Notes: generated from the sequence alone by a model not told the origin. A DNA stretch of 64,000 nt from an uncultured Thermoplasmata archaeon (GCA_963748615.1 CAVVJQ010000002.1:323240-387239); one strand, 5' to 3'; shown: positions 26,000-38,088, counted from the stretch's first letter. Made by a program: numbers and translations.

Positions 26000-27715
26000 T
26001 TGCCAAGTTCTAGCGGGGACAAACTCTGCCCCATCTGCGATTCTCCACTCCAGCCCGGATCGAAGAAGTGTGGGTTCTGTGGGACCGATTTGTCCATATT
26101 CGATATGGACGTCGAAGAGCCCGTTCAGCCTGCGCCTAGCGCACCGGCTCCAAAGAAATCGATCGATACGATGGTTCGCGAGGTCTTATCGGTTCCTCGC
26201 AATGAACCAGAGGTCCCTGAGACCCCCAAGACTGAGGCCTCAGAGGAATCTGCTGCGACTGCCGCTTCACTGTTCTCGCAATCCATATCCGATACCGGTC
26301 CTGAAACGGAGGAACCGGCAGTTGTCGAGGAAGAGGCCATTCCCGAGACACAAGTGACCGAGCCCGCCCAAGAGGACCAATTCGCATGTCCCGAGTGCGG
26401 CGCAAAAGTGAGCATCACCGCATCCTCATGTTCGAGTTGCGGTGTTATTTTCTCGGATGAAGGCACAGAAGTATTCCAATGTCCTGCATGTAACACGCTC
26501 GTCAATATCGACGCCAAGACATGCCCTGGTTGTGGTGCCATGTTCGTCGAATCCGAGGAGGAAGCGGCTGCGTCAGTGGAACCTCAGCAAGAGCTCGAGC
26601 CGCCGATCGCTGAAGTCCCGGTCATGAGCGAGACCCCAATCGTCGATGATGAGGTCGAGACCGAGGAGGCCGAGGAGGCCGAGGAGTCACCTTCCGATGA
26701 GGTGGAAGCGTCTGAGAAGGCTGCCCCAAAGGAGAAGAAGTCCCGCTCACCGTTCGGCTGGCTGAAGAAGCGCAAGAAGGACGATGTCCCAGACGAGGTG
26801 GAGCCTGAACCCGAACCTCTGGTCGAGTCTGAACCTATCGAGGTCGAGCCAGTGCGACATCTGAAGGAAGAACCGAAGGCAAGAATACCTGAACCGGAGT
26901 TCACCACCAAACCTGCTCCAGCCCCGAAAGTCTCCTCTACGAGTGCTGATCTGAGGGACAAGGGAAAAGAGCTTGCGAGGATGGTGGCGGAAATGAAGCC
27001 GCTCCTATCCCTGGCCATGCAGAATGAGATCGAGATATCTGAGAGTAAGCAGCTCATCGATGATGCAGCCATAGCAGGACGGGAGAGGCAGCTCGAAAAA
27101 GCCCTTGAGCTTGTCAACACTGCACGCGCGATCCTGATGGATGCAATAGATGCGAGGCTGACCGAGACCCTTGACCAGCTGAGGGAAGAAGTCCAAGTGG
27201 CCGATGAGCTCGGCGGTGAAGTCTCTCGACCGAAGACATACATAAGCGAGATGGAGAAGGCCAAATCTCGCGGTGATTTGGAGGCCGCATTCATCTACTC
27301 TGATAAGGTCTCGAACGAGCTCCTTCCGATCACGGGCAGATACAACGAAACGAAGAAGAAGCTCAAATCATTGAAATCCTTGCTTTCGGATTGCGAGATG
27401 CTCATACTTGATACAAGAGAGGCGCGTGCATCTTTTGTCGAAGCCAACAAGGCCTTCGATTCCAGGGCCTTCGATAAGGCCGAGATGCTCATCACGCAGA
27501 CGAACGAGCGTCTCAACGCAGCCATCCCTGAGCGGCTCACTGAGGAGATAAAAGCCGCTCGTCACCTGCTCGTCGATGCGAAGATCCGAAATGTGAACAT
27601 AACCCCCATGCTTACGCTATTGAAGTCGGTGACGAACCTGACGAAATCGAAGGACTATCCGCAGGCGCTCAGAGAGTTGAGGGAATTCAAGGAGATGTCG
27701 AAGAAGACCATGTGA
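26000..27715 (+). CDS. Triple zinc-ribbon protein with an acidic linker and a C-terminal all-helical repeat domain (function unknown)
   Basis: TTG start preceded by AAGGAGG. Ribbons are CPICDSPLQPGSKKCGFCG, CPECGAKVSITASSCSSCG and CPACNTLVNIDAKTCPGCG. A long Glu/Pro/Val-rich linker is followed by about 270 aa of heptad-like helices. Confidence 0.7.
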   Translation: MPSSSGDKLCPICDSPLQPGSKKCGFCGTDLSIFDMDVEEPVQPAPSAPAPKKSIDTMVREVLSVPRNEPEVPETPKTEASEESAATAASLFSQSISDTGPETEEPAVVEEEAIPETQVTEPAQEDQFACPECGAKVSITASSCSSCGVIFSDEGTEVFQCPACNTLVNIDAKTCPGCGAMFVESEEEAAASVEPQQELEPPIAEVPVMSETPIVDDEVETEEAEEAEESPSDEVEASEKAAPKEKKSRSPFGWLKKRKKDDVPDEVEPEPEPLVESEPIEVEPVRHLKEEPKARIPEPEFTTKPAPAPKVSSTSADLRDKGKELARMVAEMKPLLSLAMQNEIEISESKQLIDDAAIAGRERQLEKALELVNTARAILMDAIDARLTETLDQLREEVQVADELGGEVSRPKTYISEMEKAKSRGDLEAAFIYSDKVSNELLPITGRYNETKKKLKSLKSLLSDCEMLILDTREARASFVEANKAFDSRAFDKAEMLITQTNERLNAAIPERLTEEIKAARHLLVDAKIRNVNITPMLTLLKSVTNLTKSKDYPQALRELREFKEMSKKTM

Positions 27716-27730
27716 ACTTGACCGACGATT

Positions 27731-29956
27731 TCAGGTCAGGTTCAGAACCTCCATCTCCCTCTCCATTATCGATATCTCCTGCTCCTTCATGGTCTCAGGG
27801 CTTATTGAGACTGCGAATATGCATTTCGATTCGGACACTTCATCGATTATGCTCCTCAGGAATCTGAGCACCGAATCGAAGTTGGTGTTGCTGATGAGAT
27901 ATTGTATACCATCGAGGACGACCATTCCGTTCCCCTCCTCCAGCATGAATTCCTGAATCTTGTGAATGATCATCTCCAGTGATGGCGGGACCGTATTCTC
28001 CATAGAACTGTCTTTATCCGTAAGCCAAAGTATCTGAGGGTCCTTCACGAAAGCATCTCTGATCCTCTTGGGGTTCATCCTCGTTATTATGAGCCCTCTG
28101 TATTTCTCGGTCATCATTCGTTCCATCAGGACATTGCTGTAGGTCGGTTTCTCCTCCTCTATCAGGTAACAATGGCCAGGCTGGATATTGACCTCCTTCA
28201 TGATCTCCTTTCTAGTCTCTTGCACTGGGGCGAGTGGCTTGAGTATGTCTGAGACGAGGGTCATGTCGATTTCCATCTTCATTATGGTGGAGAACGCGAC
28301 TATCTTGTTCAGCGTGCTCTCTATTTCCCGGACACTCTGAGTGACCTTCTCAGCGATGTACTTCACTACCTCATCGCTGAGTTTCAACTTCTTCTCGTGT
28401 GCCTTCACCCTGACGAGCTTGATCCTGGTGCTCTCATCTGGAGGGAGCAGGTCGACGGTCAATCCCTTCTGGATCCTGGCGTTCAACCTGTCGCTGAAGC
28501 CCGGGATCTCCGCGGGTAGTCTGTCGCTGGCAAGCACGACCTGCTTTCCAGAGTCGATGAGCGAATCGATGATATGTACCATCTCACCCTGAGCCTGTTC
28601 GCTGGCACCAAGGAACTGCATGTCGTCGACAAGCAGGAGTTCGGCATGGTTCAACTCATCCCTCAGATTCTTGATTGCATCTGAGCTCGTACTGTGCTCG
28701 ACCGCGTCGACCAGCTTGTCGGCCGGGGCATACAGGACGGCATATTCGCGGTTCTTGTTCAGTATGTGGTTTCCGATGGCCGCCAGGAGATGCGTCTTTC
28801 CCAGGCCAGTCGCACCGAATATCAGGAGTGGGTTGTATGCCTTGCCCGGATTCTCAGCTACGGCGACAGCGGTCGCTGCCGAGAACTTCGAACCAGGTCC
28901 TATCACGAAGTTGTCGAACCTCATTTCTGGCGGGAATGACTTGGTGAATCGCTGCTCCTTCTCACACTTGCTGCATTGTCCATCTTCCAATCCTCCACCA
29001 CAGATGGGGCACTTCTCGGTTTTCACAGCCTCTTCATCATCGGGCGTTGTCTGGTACTTGAGGATCAAATCGTAGACGTCCGACGCCTTCTCATCCTTCT
29101 TCTTCCGTTCCATCTCCTGCTTTATTGAATCCTCTTCCGCTTTCCTCTTCTGTATCTTGCGGCGGATCTTCTCTTGCAGGAACTCGATGTCAGATTCTAT
29201 CTCCGCAATCCGAGTGCGATCGTTCAGCTTCGTCCTTATCTCTGCAATCTCCGGTTCGAGTCCGAGTATCGGGAAATTGTTCAGGATAGTCTCGAACTGC
29301 CTGAGCTTGTTCGTGTCGCGCTCGAAGCCAGTCAGCTCCTTGGAGATTTCCTGGACACCTTGCTCCCTCGCGGTCTCAAGAGTCTCCACCTTGTACCCCT
29401 TTCTGCGCCACTGCTCTATCTTCTCGGCATACGGATCGATCTCCGCCTCTTCCTTGACCTTCGATTCGTCCCGCGCTTTAGGCGCTGGTTTGGGGGCGAC
29501 TCTTCCTGCGATGTATGCATCGGGGAAACGGCGCTCGAACTCCTCCTTCGGGACACGACTGTGTAGCTCGATGTTGGACCCCTTGTCCTGCGAGTCCTCT
29601 AGTATGAATCTAAGCGACTTCTCTCCGGTGTATATCCTCCGAAGCTCTCTGGGTTTCGATTTCTCGAACTCGTAGATCGCCATGACTGGTGTCCCGAGTT
29701 CAACGACGATGTAACCCGTGGAGTTCATGACGGGCTTCTCGAGCGTGACCTTCAGGTACCCGGTGAAACTGTACTGTTTCAGGTCCGACAGTATGCCCTT
29801 TAACGAATCGGGTCCTCCTTTGGCGGTCCTTACGATTATACCCTCAGGGATTCGGAGATCACTAACCATATCTGGGTCCACTCCGTGAATACTGTCGAAA
29901 CCTATTAACCCTTGTTGCCTGTGATAACCGCTGGTGTGGACCGATGCCACCATCAT
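27731..29956 (-). CDS. Chimeric protein: N-terminal DUF4388-like domain, coiled coil, zinc ribbon, DnaA-type AAA+ module, DUF835-like C-terminal domain
   Basis: Walker A YNPLLIFGATGLGKTHLLAAIGN, Walker B LLLVDDMQFL, then VVLASDRLPAEIPGFSDRLNARIQKGLTVDLLPPDESTRIKL, colinear with bacterial DnaA domain III. The ribbon is KCPICGGGLEDGQCSKCE. The C-terminus shows the DUF835 pattern (GLIITRMNP, ILWLTD, VVLDGIQYL, FLRSIID). The start is set at ATG 29956 because the upstream 56 codons of the six-frame ORF overlap tRNA-Thr. Confidence 0.8.
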   Translation of the reverse strand: MMVASVHTSGYHRQQGLIGFDSIHGVDPDMVSDLRIPEGIIVRTAKGGPDSLKGILSDLKQYSFTGYLKVTLEKPVMNSTGYIVVELGTPVMAIYEFEKSKPRELRRIYTGEKSLRFILEDSQDKGSNIELHSRVPKEEFERRFPDAYIAGRVAPKPAPKARDESKVKEEAEIDPYAEKIEQWRRKGYKVETLETAREQGVQEISKELTGFERDTNKLRQFETILNNFPILGLEPEIAEIRTKLNDRTRIAEIESDIEFLQEKIRRKIQKRKAEEDSIKQEMERKKKDEKASDVYDLILKYQTTPDDEEAVKTEKCPICGGGLEDGQCSKCEKEQRFTKSFPPEMRFDNFVIGPGSKFSAATAVAVAENPGKAYNPLLIFGATGLGKTHLLAAIGNHILNKNREYAVLYAPADKLVDAVEHSTSSDAIKNLRDELNHAELLLVDDMQFLGASEQAQGEMVHIIDSLIDSGKQVVLASDRLPAEIPGFSDRLNARIQKGLTVDLLPPDESTRIKLVRVKAHEKKLKLSDEVVKYIAEKVTQSVREIESTLNKIVAFSTIMKMEIDMTLVSDILKPLAPVQETRKEIMKEVNIQPGHCYLIEEEKPTYSNVLMERMMTEKYRGLIITRMNPKRIRDAFVKDPQILWLTDKDSSMENTVPPSLEMIIHKIQEFMLEEGNGMVVLDGIQYLISNTNFDSVLRFLRSIIDEVSESKCIFAVSISPETMKEQEISIMEREMEVLNLT

Positions 29957-30004
29957 CTTGTCAAAAGGCTTAACTACAGAGACAATCTTCCCAACATTCC
30001 GTCT

Positions 30005-30108
30005 GCCACTGTAGCTCAGCGGTTGCGTCTGCGACCATGCAGGTGCCGCTAGAGAGCGGCAGTTTCGTAAACTGCAGGCCGGGGGTTCGAAACCCTCCAG
30101 TGGCTCCA
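30005..30108 (+). tRNA. tRNA-Thr(CGU) with a 26-29-nt intron in the D-loop; CCA encoded
   Basis: Acceptor GCCACTG/CAGTGGC. D stem GCTC (30014-17) pairs with GAGC (30054-57) only after removing about 30024-30049/52. Anticodon stem GCAGT/ACTGC, loop TTCGTAA. T arm GGGGG-TTCGAAA-CCCTC. Discriminator T, then CCA. Confidence 0.8.
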
Positions 30109-30165
30109 TATCCACCCTCGTCATCCAAGTGACAACTCTAATATGTCAACGAGTCAATCGGCCTT

Positions 30166-31077
30166 TTGATGTCGGGCAAATCCGTTGTGTTCATCCCAGA
30201 TTCCAAATGTTCGACCTGCGGCACATCCATCTCGGACTACCTGCAGGTCCAGGGTGATGGGAAAGCCACATTCGTCTGCCCGAACTGCGGCAGCCCTGTT
30301 ATTCGCGAAATCGCAGCCGGGGTTGCGCCACCGACCCATCCTGACGAGGTCATCGAACTCGGGGGTGGTCAGACGACCAAGAGCCACTACCCTTGTCTCT
30401 ACATCCAACCCAGGCACGCTCCAAGATTCGACCTTCGGAGCATGGTCATGACATCGATCCGCCCGACCAAGTCCCTGACTAATCTGTATCTGTCCACAGA
30501 TATGAGGCACGCGATCGCGCTGGTCCTGGTGTTCAGCGTGATCTCCACGATATTCAGCGTGTTCATCACCCATGATATGGCGGAAGTGGTCGGATACACT
30601 TCAAGGGATGCGATCGGCATCATTCTTCAGGGGGTCGTAGGGTGGATCGTCACTCTTTTATCGTTCCTGATATTCGGGGCAGTGGCTGCGCTTCTATCCC
30701 GCGAGATCTTCGGGGGGAGGGGAGATAAAGGACCGACCATCACTCTGGTCGCATACTGTTATCCCTGGTTCGTAGTCCTTTCGATAATCCTTCTGTCCGT
30801 GTTCGACCTCGGATTTGTAGGCCTCGACCTCGCGGGCGTCGAGGGTTGGGCAGATGATGAGGTCCAGCAAGCCATGATGTTCGGCGCGATACTCATTATC
30901 CTGGTCCTAGCGGGTCTGGTGTGGATCCTGAGTATCGTGAGCAAGGCGATCGGAATAGCAAATGACATATCGACTGGTTCCGCAGCCATGTGCGCCATCC
31001 TCGCGGGCGTCGCCGCAGGAATAATCGCGCTCATCGTCGGCTCATTCATGCGATTGCCGATAGGGATTAATTTCTGA
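30166..31077 (+). CDS. Zinc-ribbon / Yip1-like multi-pass membrane protein
   Basis: N-terminal CSTCG...(22 aa)...CPNCG ribbon, then five or six TM helices with a Yip1-like layout. TTG at 30166, ATG at 30169. Confidence 0.5.
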   Translation: MMSGKSVVFIPDSKCSTCGTSISDYLQVQGDGKATFVCPNCGSPVIREIAAGVAPPTHPDEVIELGGGQTTKSHYPCLYIQPRHAPRFDLRSMVMTSIRPTKSLTNLYLSTDMRHAIALVLVFSVISTIFSVFITHDMAEVVGYTSRDAIGIILQGVVGWIVTLLSFLIFGAVAALLSREIFGGRGDKGPTITLVAYCYPWFVVLSIILLSVFDLGFVGLDLAGVEGWADDEVQQAMMFGAILIILVLAGLVWILSIVSKAIGIANDISTGSAAMCAILAGVAAGIIALIVGSFMRLPIGINF

Positions 31078-31083
31078 CGACCA

Positions 31084-32349
31084 TCATTCGTCGAGGAGCC
31101 TGTCCACCATCCTCATTGCGCAGAGGTCTCCACACATGGAACAGACATCGGGGCTCTTTGACTTGCGCCGGTCTCTATAGGCCCTTGCCTTCTCTGGGTT
31201 GAAAGAGAGTTCGAACATGGTGTCCCAATCGAAAGCCTTCCTGGCACACGACATCTTCCGGTCTCTATCGCCACCCCTACCTCTTGCGAGATCAGCTGAA
31301 TGAGCGGCTATCTTGCTCGCGATGACGCCTTCTCTCACATCGTCGACGGTCGGCAGCGAAAGATGTTCCGATGGGGTGACATAGCAGAGGAAGTCCGCAC
31401 CGTGATATGCGGCCAACGCTCCACCGATTGCACCAGCGATGTGGTCATAGCCTGCCGCCACATCGCAAACGATCGGCCCAAGGACATAGAACGGCGCTCC
31501 CTTGCAGATGGTTTTCTCCGCCATAACATTCGCCTCTATCTGGTTCAGAGGCACATGTCCAGGCCCTTCGACCATGGCCTGAACGCCGGCTGCACGAGCT
31601 CTCTGGACGAGTTTCCCTAGGACGATCAACTCATGGAGTTGCGGCCCATCAGTGGCATCCGCGGTCGAGCCAGGCCTCAGCCCATCTCCCAGGCTCAGTG
31701 CGAAGCCATGCTCCCTGGCCATCTCCAGGAGGTAGTCGTATTCCTCGTAGAGGGGATTCTCCCGGCTATTCTCGTGCATCCATGCGACCAGGATCGCTCC
31801 TCCTCTGGATACGACGCCGGTGAGCCTCTTGTGGCTTCTCAACGTGGACGCCGTCTCTCTGGTTATGCCGCAATGCACGGTCATGAAATCCACACCATCT
31901 TTCGCATGCTTCTCGATGGTTTTGAAAAGGTCGTCGCTTGTCATCGACATCGGTCCGCCAGATTTCGATGTCCTACAAACTGCTTCGTAGATCGGGACGG
32001 TCCCCACGGGAGCGTCGCACTCGCCGATGACCTTCTTCCTTATCTCGTGCAGGTCTCCTCCCGTGCTGAGATCCATCACCGCGTCAGCACCATATCGCAG
32101 AGCGGTCCTGACCTTCTCCAGCTCCTCGGACAGATCGATCATGTCTTTGGAGGTGCCTATGTTCGCATTCACCTTGACCGTCAACCCTTCACCGATAGCC
32201 CTCGGCCGGAGGTTCTTGTGTCTTGGATTGGATGGGATCACCACTCTCCCACTTTCGAACAATCTGATCAACTTGTCTGGCTCGATTCCTTCCGCCCTGC
32301 AGACCCCCTTCATTTCCGGTGGAGAATCGTTTTTCTTTCTAGTCGCCAT
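31084..32349 (-). CDS. thiC: Phosphomethylpyrimidine synthase ThiC
   Basis: Full-length ThiC-like protein (421 aa) with the C-terminal Fe-S motif CSMCGDLCAMR and conserved MVEGPGHVPL and TIGTS-like blocks. Confidence 0.92.
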   Translation of the reverse strand: MATRKKNDSPPEMKGVCRAEGIEPDKLIRLFESGRVVIPSNPRHKNLRPRAIGEGLTVKVNANIGTSKDMIDLSEELEKVRTALRYGADAVMDLSTGGDLHEIRKKVIGECDAPVGTVPIYEAVCRTSKSGGPMSMTSDDLFKTIEKHAKDGVDFMTVHCGITRETASTLRSHKRLTGVVSRGGAILVAWMHENSRENPLYEEYDYLLEMAREHGFALSLGDGLRPGSTADATDGPQLHELIVLGKLVQRARAAGVQAMVEGPGHVPLNQIEANVMAEKTICKGAPFYVLGPIVCDVAAGYDHIAGAIGGALAAYHGADFLCYVTPSEHLSLPTVDDVREGVIASKIAAHSADLARGRGGDRDRKMSCARKAFDWDTMFELSFNPEKARAYRDRRKSKSPDVCSMCGDLCAMRMVDRLLDE

Positions 32350-32654
32350 CTGATACCGTTGCTACAAAACGACCAATCGGTATAAAGCCTTTGATTGACA
32401 AGGCAATTCTTGGTATCTGAAAAGGGCCTCTGGCCACAGTCGATCGGTGGTTCTGTTCATGGATCAGTGGCTTCTGGTCCTCCTTGGGCCATTCACTCCA
32501 TCATCGGCCATCTTACGCTCTATCGGCGTCTGCCGAATTTTCGAGTGGAAACCGACCGGACGAATCGACGATACGCCGCAATCGAAACGGAGGGAGGTTT
32601 TTGCGGTAGCCAGATAGTATTCTCAAAGATTTTATATACGCAGGCTCCATTTAA

Positions 32655-34655
<2,001 letters not shown>

Positions 34656-34665
34656 GTGATCACTC

Positions 34666-37248
34666 ATGACTGAAGAACCTCAGGAATCCACCAAGTTCGC
34701 CGGCAAGCTGATCATGCGTCCGATAGAAGTCGAGATGAAGAAATCCTACATCGATTACGCCATGAGCGTGATCGTCGGCCGTGCGCTGCCCGACGTCAGC
34801 GATGGTCTGAAGCCCGTTCACAGAAGGATCCTCTATGCCATGAACGAGATGGGGCTTGCCCATAACAAAGCCCAGAAGAAATCCGCCAGAGTGGTCGGAG
34901 AGGTCCTTGGTAAATTCCATCCCCATGGCGATTCTGCGATATACGACACGATCGTACGCATGGCCCAGGACTTCTCGATGAGGTATCCTCTGGTCGACGG
35001 CCAGGGCAACTTCGGCAGCGTCGACGGCGACTCCGCTGCAGCGATGAGATACACCGAGTGCAGACTCTCAGCGATTGCATCCGAGATGCTTCTGGACGTG
35101 GACGAGGACACGGTCGATTTCATCGACAACTTCGACGGTTCCCTCAAAGAGCCCATAGTCCTTCCGGCCAAGCTGCCGAACCTCTTAGTCAACGGCTCAT
35201 CCGGAATCGCCGTGGGCATGGCGACAAACATCCCGCCGCACAACCTGGGCGAAATCGTGGACGCCATCACACTGATGATCGACAGGCAGATCGAGGGGTC
35301 CGATGTCGAGCTCAAGGACCTGATGGATGTCGTCAAAGGTCCGGACTTCCCGACCGGAGGCATAATCTACGGTGCCCAAGGCATCGTGGAGGCATATGCC
35401 CAGGGTAAGGGCAGGATACGGGTCAGGGCACTGAGCACGATCGAGCACGACGAGGATACTGGCCGCGGGCAGATCATAGTCACCGAAATCCCATATATGG
35501 TCAACAAGAGCACCCTGATGGAGGAGATCGCGGAGCTCGTGAAGGACAAGCGCATCGAAGGTATCAGCGACCTCAGAGACGAGTCCGACAAGGAGGGTAT
35601 GCGCATAGTCATCGAGCTCAAACGCGACGCCATCGAGGACGTCGTCATGAATCAGCTGTATGCCCACACACAGCTTCAGACGACCTTCGGAATAAACAAC
35701 CTGGCGCTCGTCAACAACCAGCCTCGTATACTCTCCCTCAAGGAGATGCTGGAGTATCACATAGAACACAGGTTCGATGTGGTCAAGAGGCGCACGGAAT
35801 ACCGCCTGAGACAGGCCGAGAAGCGTGCGCACATACTGGAGGGGCTGTTGATCGCCCTCGACCATCTGGACGAGGTCATCAAGCTCATCAGGAAGGCGAA
35901 GACGAGGGAAGAGGCGAGAACCGGCCTGATGGCCAAGTTCAAGTTGTCAGAGGAACAGACCAAGGCAATACTGGAGATGCAGCTACAACGCCTCACCGGC
36001 ATAGAGATGCAAGCGGTCCGCGAAGAATACGACGCGGTCTCGAAGCAGATCGCGGAGTACCACAGCATTCTCAAGGACGAGAAGAGGATCCTGGGCATGA
36101 TCAAGGACGAGGCGCAGGTCGTCAAGGACAAATACGGCAACGCGCGGCGGACCAGGATCGAATCAAACGCGATCGACATGGATATCGAAGACCTGATCCC
36201 GATGGAGAACGTCCTCGTGATGATCAGCCAGACCGGCTACATCAAGCGCGTCTCGCTCGACACTTATGCCGCGCAGCACAGGGGAGGCGTCGGCCTTCTT
36301 GGCATGGAGACCAAGGAGGAGGATTACATCGTCGACATGTTCGTCACATCCACTCACGATTATGTGATGTACTTCACGAACAAGGGCCGTGTGTACTGGC
36401 TCAAGGCCTACAAGATACCAGTGGGCGGAAGACACGCGAAAGGCAAGCCAGTTGTGAACCTGCTCGAGCACCTCGAAGAGGGCGAGAAGGTCATGAGCAT
36501 GATCCCCGTCAAGCATTTCGACGAGGAACGGAACCTGGTGTTCTCAACCAGGGGTGGCCTGATCAAGAAGACGAGACTCATCGCATATTCCCATGTCCGC
36601 CAGAACGGCATAATCGCAATAAGGTTGGAGGACGGGGACGAGGTCGTCGACACCGCCCTCACAGACGGATCGAAGGAGATAGTACTGGCGACCAGGAAGG
36701 GCTCTGCCGCCAGGTTCAACGAGTCCGATGTCAGGTCGACCGGTCGGGCGACATATGGCGTGCGTGGCATCCGTTTGAGGAAAGGAGACGAAGTCGTCAG
36801 CATGGCGGTCGTGGTGCCGAAGGACCAGTTGTTGACAGTGACGGAGAACGGTTACGGGAAACGCTCCTTGGTCGAGGACTACAGGAAGATCAGACGTGGC
36901 GGCAAAGGCGTCATCACGATCAAGAGCGGCGGCAGGAACGGCGATGTCGTATCGGTCCAACCGGTCAGTGACGAGCATGAGATAATGGTGACGAGCGTGC
37001 GCGGCATGGTCATAAGGATGCCTGTGAGCGGCATAAGCCTGCTAGGCAGGGCGACCATGGGCGTCAGGCTCATGCGCCTCAAGGATCGCGACAAGGTCGT
37101 GGCGGTCGCGCAGATGGTCGGACTCGCGGAGGAGGAACGGATGATAGAGTCGGGACTGACCATCACCCATTGCGCAGAGGAGAACGGTGACCTGGTCGAT
37201 GACGAGGAGAAGGACGATGCGGAAAACGATGATGAGAACGACGAGTAG
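34666..37248 (+). CDS. gyrA: DNA gyrase subunit A
   Basis: [21 protein letters not shown] and the active-site AAMRYTE block. C-terminal beta-pinwheel repeats and an acidic tail. Confidence 0.95.
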   Translation: MTEEPQESTKFAGKLIMRPIEVEMKKSYIDYAMSVIVGRALPDVSDGLKPVHRRILYAMNEMGLAHNKAQKKSARVVGEVLGKFHPHGDSAIYDTIVRMAQDFSMRYPLVDGQGNFGSVDGDSAAAMRYTECRLSAIASEMLLDVDEDTVDFIDNFDGSLKEPIVLPAKLPNLLVNGSSGIAVGMATNIPPHNLGEIVDAITLMIDRQIEGSDVELKDLMDVVKGPDFPTGGIIYGAQGIVEAYAQGKGRIRVRALSTIEHDEDTGRGQIIVTEIPYMVNKSTLMEEIAELVKDKRIEGISDLRDESDKEGMRIVIELKRDAIEDVVMNQLYAHTQLQTTFGINNLALVNNQPRILSLKEMLEYHIEHRFDVVKRRTEYRLRQAEKRAHILEGLLIALDHLDEVIKLIRKAKTREEARTGLMAKFKLSEEQTKAILEMQLQRLTGIEMQAVREEYDAVSKQIAEYHSILKDEKRILGMIKDEAQVVKDKYGNARRTRIESNAIDMDIEDLIPMENVLVMISQTGYIKRVSLDTYAAQHRGGVGLLGMETKEEDYIVDMFVTSTHDYVMYFTNKGRVYWLKAYKIPVGGRHAKGKPVVNLLEHLEEGEKVMSMIPVKHFDEERNLVFSTRGGLIKKTRLIAYSHVRQNGIIAIRLEDGDEVVDTALTDGSKEIVLATRKGSAARFNESDVRSTGRATYGVRGIRLRKGDEVVSMAVVVPKDQLLTVTENGYGKRSLVEDYRKIRRGGKGVITIKSGGRNGDVVSVQPVSDEHEIMVTSVRGMVIRMPVSGISLLGRATMGVRLMRLKDRDKVVAVAQMVGLAEEERMIESGLTITHCAEENGDLVDDEEKDDAENDDENDE

Positions 37249-37374
37249 CCAGGTGGGTTTTTGACCATCTGGCCAGCGTCTCACTACTGATAACGACCCG
37301 CAAACCTTTATTAGTAGACAATCTATTGAAATCCGCAGAGGAGTCCGACTCACCCGAACAAGGAGGGCTGCACT

Positions 37375-38088
37375 TTGTTTAGAGACTCGATACAAGGTCT
37401 GGAAAAGGTTTTCAAGAATGACATCGAGAGGCCCAAGGTCATACTCGTCACCGGTCCCCCGGGATCGATGAAGACGAGCTTCTGCTATTCTCTGATGTCG
37501 CACTACCTGAGGGATAAGAACGAGTTCGGCCTCTATGCCACTCTCGAAGAGACGGTTGACAGCCACCTGAAGAACATGGAGAGCATGGGCGTGAAACTCT
37601 CCGCGAAGATGCAGATATCAGACATGACCGATCTCAGGGAGATCGACCAGATCGATGAGGTCATCGGCGATTCTGCGCAGACAGATTACGTACTGTTTAT
37701 AGAGAAGATGATACAGCGTTTCAGGAGGACTCACGGAGATAAGTTCTCGATATTCGTTCTCGACTCGCTCGGCGCGCTCTACTCCCTGATGGAGAACGCG
37801 GAGGACATGAGGAAGAAGATGTTCTATTTCTTCAAGATGCTCAGGGACAACAACCTCACATCATTCATAATCATGGAACGATCGTTGACAGGCGAGTCGC
37901 AGCTTCTCGGAAACGAAGGCTTTCTCGCAGACGGCATCGTGATGCTGGGTCTTGACCGTCAGAGGGGCAAGCTGGTGAGATACCTCCAGGTCGAGAAGAT
38001 GAGGGCCGCGGAGCACAGTATGGAGAAGCACGCCATAGAAGTCAACAAATCCGGAATGCAGGTGCTGGGCCCGTTGCTGAGCACTTGA
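37375..38088 (+). CDS. KaiC-like single-domain ATPase (ArlH/FlaH-sized)
   Basis: 237 aa. Walker A VTGPPGSMKTSF, Walker B IFVLDSLGAL, C-terminal LQVEKMRAAEH block. TTG start 7 nt after AAGGAGGG. Confidence 0.75.
   Translation: MFRDSIQGLEKVFKNDIERPKVILVTGPPGSMKTSFCYSLMSHYLRDKNEFGLYATLEETVDSHLKNMESMGVKLSAKMQISDMTDLREIDQIDEVIGDSAQTDYVLFIEKMIQRFRRTHGDKFSIFVLDSLGALYSLMENAEDMRKKMFYFFKMLRDNNLTSFIIMERSLTGESQLLGNEGFLADGIVMLGLDRQRGKLVRYLQVEKMRAAEHSMEKHAIEVNKSGMQVLGPLLST

Noticed and set aside
29957-30124. The N-terminal 56 codons of the six-frame ORF 27731..30124.
   Set aside because: This segment (MTRVDMEPLEGFEPPACSLRN...) is the antisense of tRNA-Thr. Two ATGs at 29956/29953 follow it, and the protein-like sequence begins only after them.
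30785-30800. The 16-mer CTGTCCGTGTTCGACC in the Yip1-like gene equals the Lhr junction-2 sequence CTGTCCGGTGTTCGACC minus one G.
   Set aside because: It is suggestive, because it equals the predicted repaired junction. However, roughly one exact 16-mer coincidence is expected by chance among all position pairs in 64 kb. Both encode the common peptide LSVFD. I do not count it as evidence.
32350-32470. Possible TPP (THI-box) riboswitch in the thiC leader.
   Set aside because: Reading the minus strand upstream of ATG 32349, I find a TTTATA box only about 38 nt from the start. I see no CUGAGA / ACCUGA / GGGGUGC-type THI-box elements. The leader looks too short for a riboswitch.
32461-32510. C/D-box sRNA-like words on the minus strand (ATGATGG ... 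CTGA about 40 nt apart).
   Set aside because: The C box is imperfect (last base G). No C'/D' boxes are present, no terminal stem forms, and no guide complementarity could be assessed.
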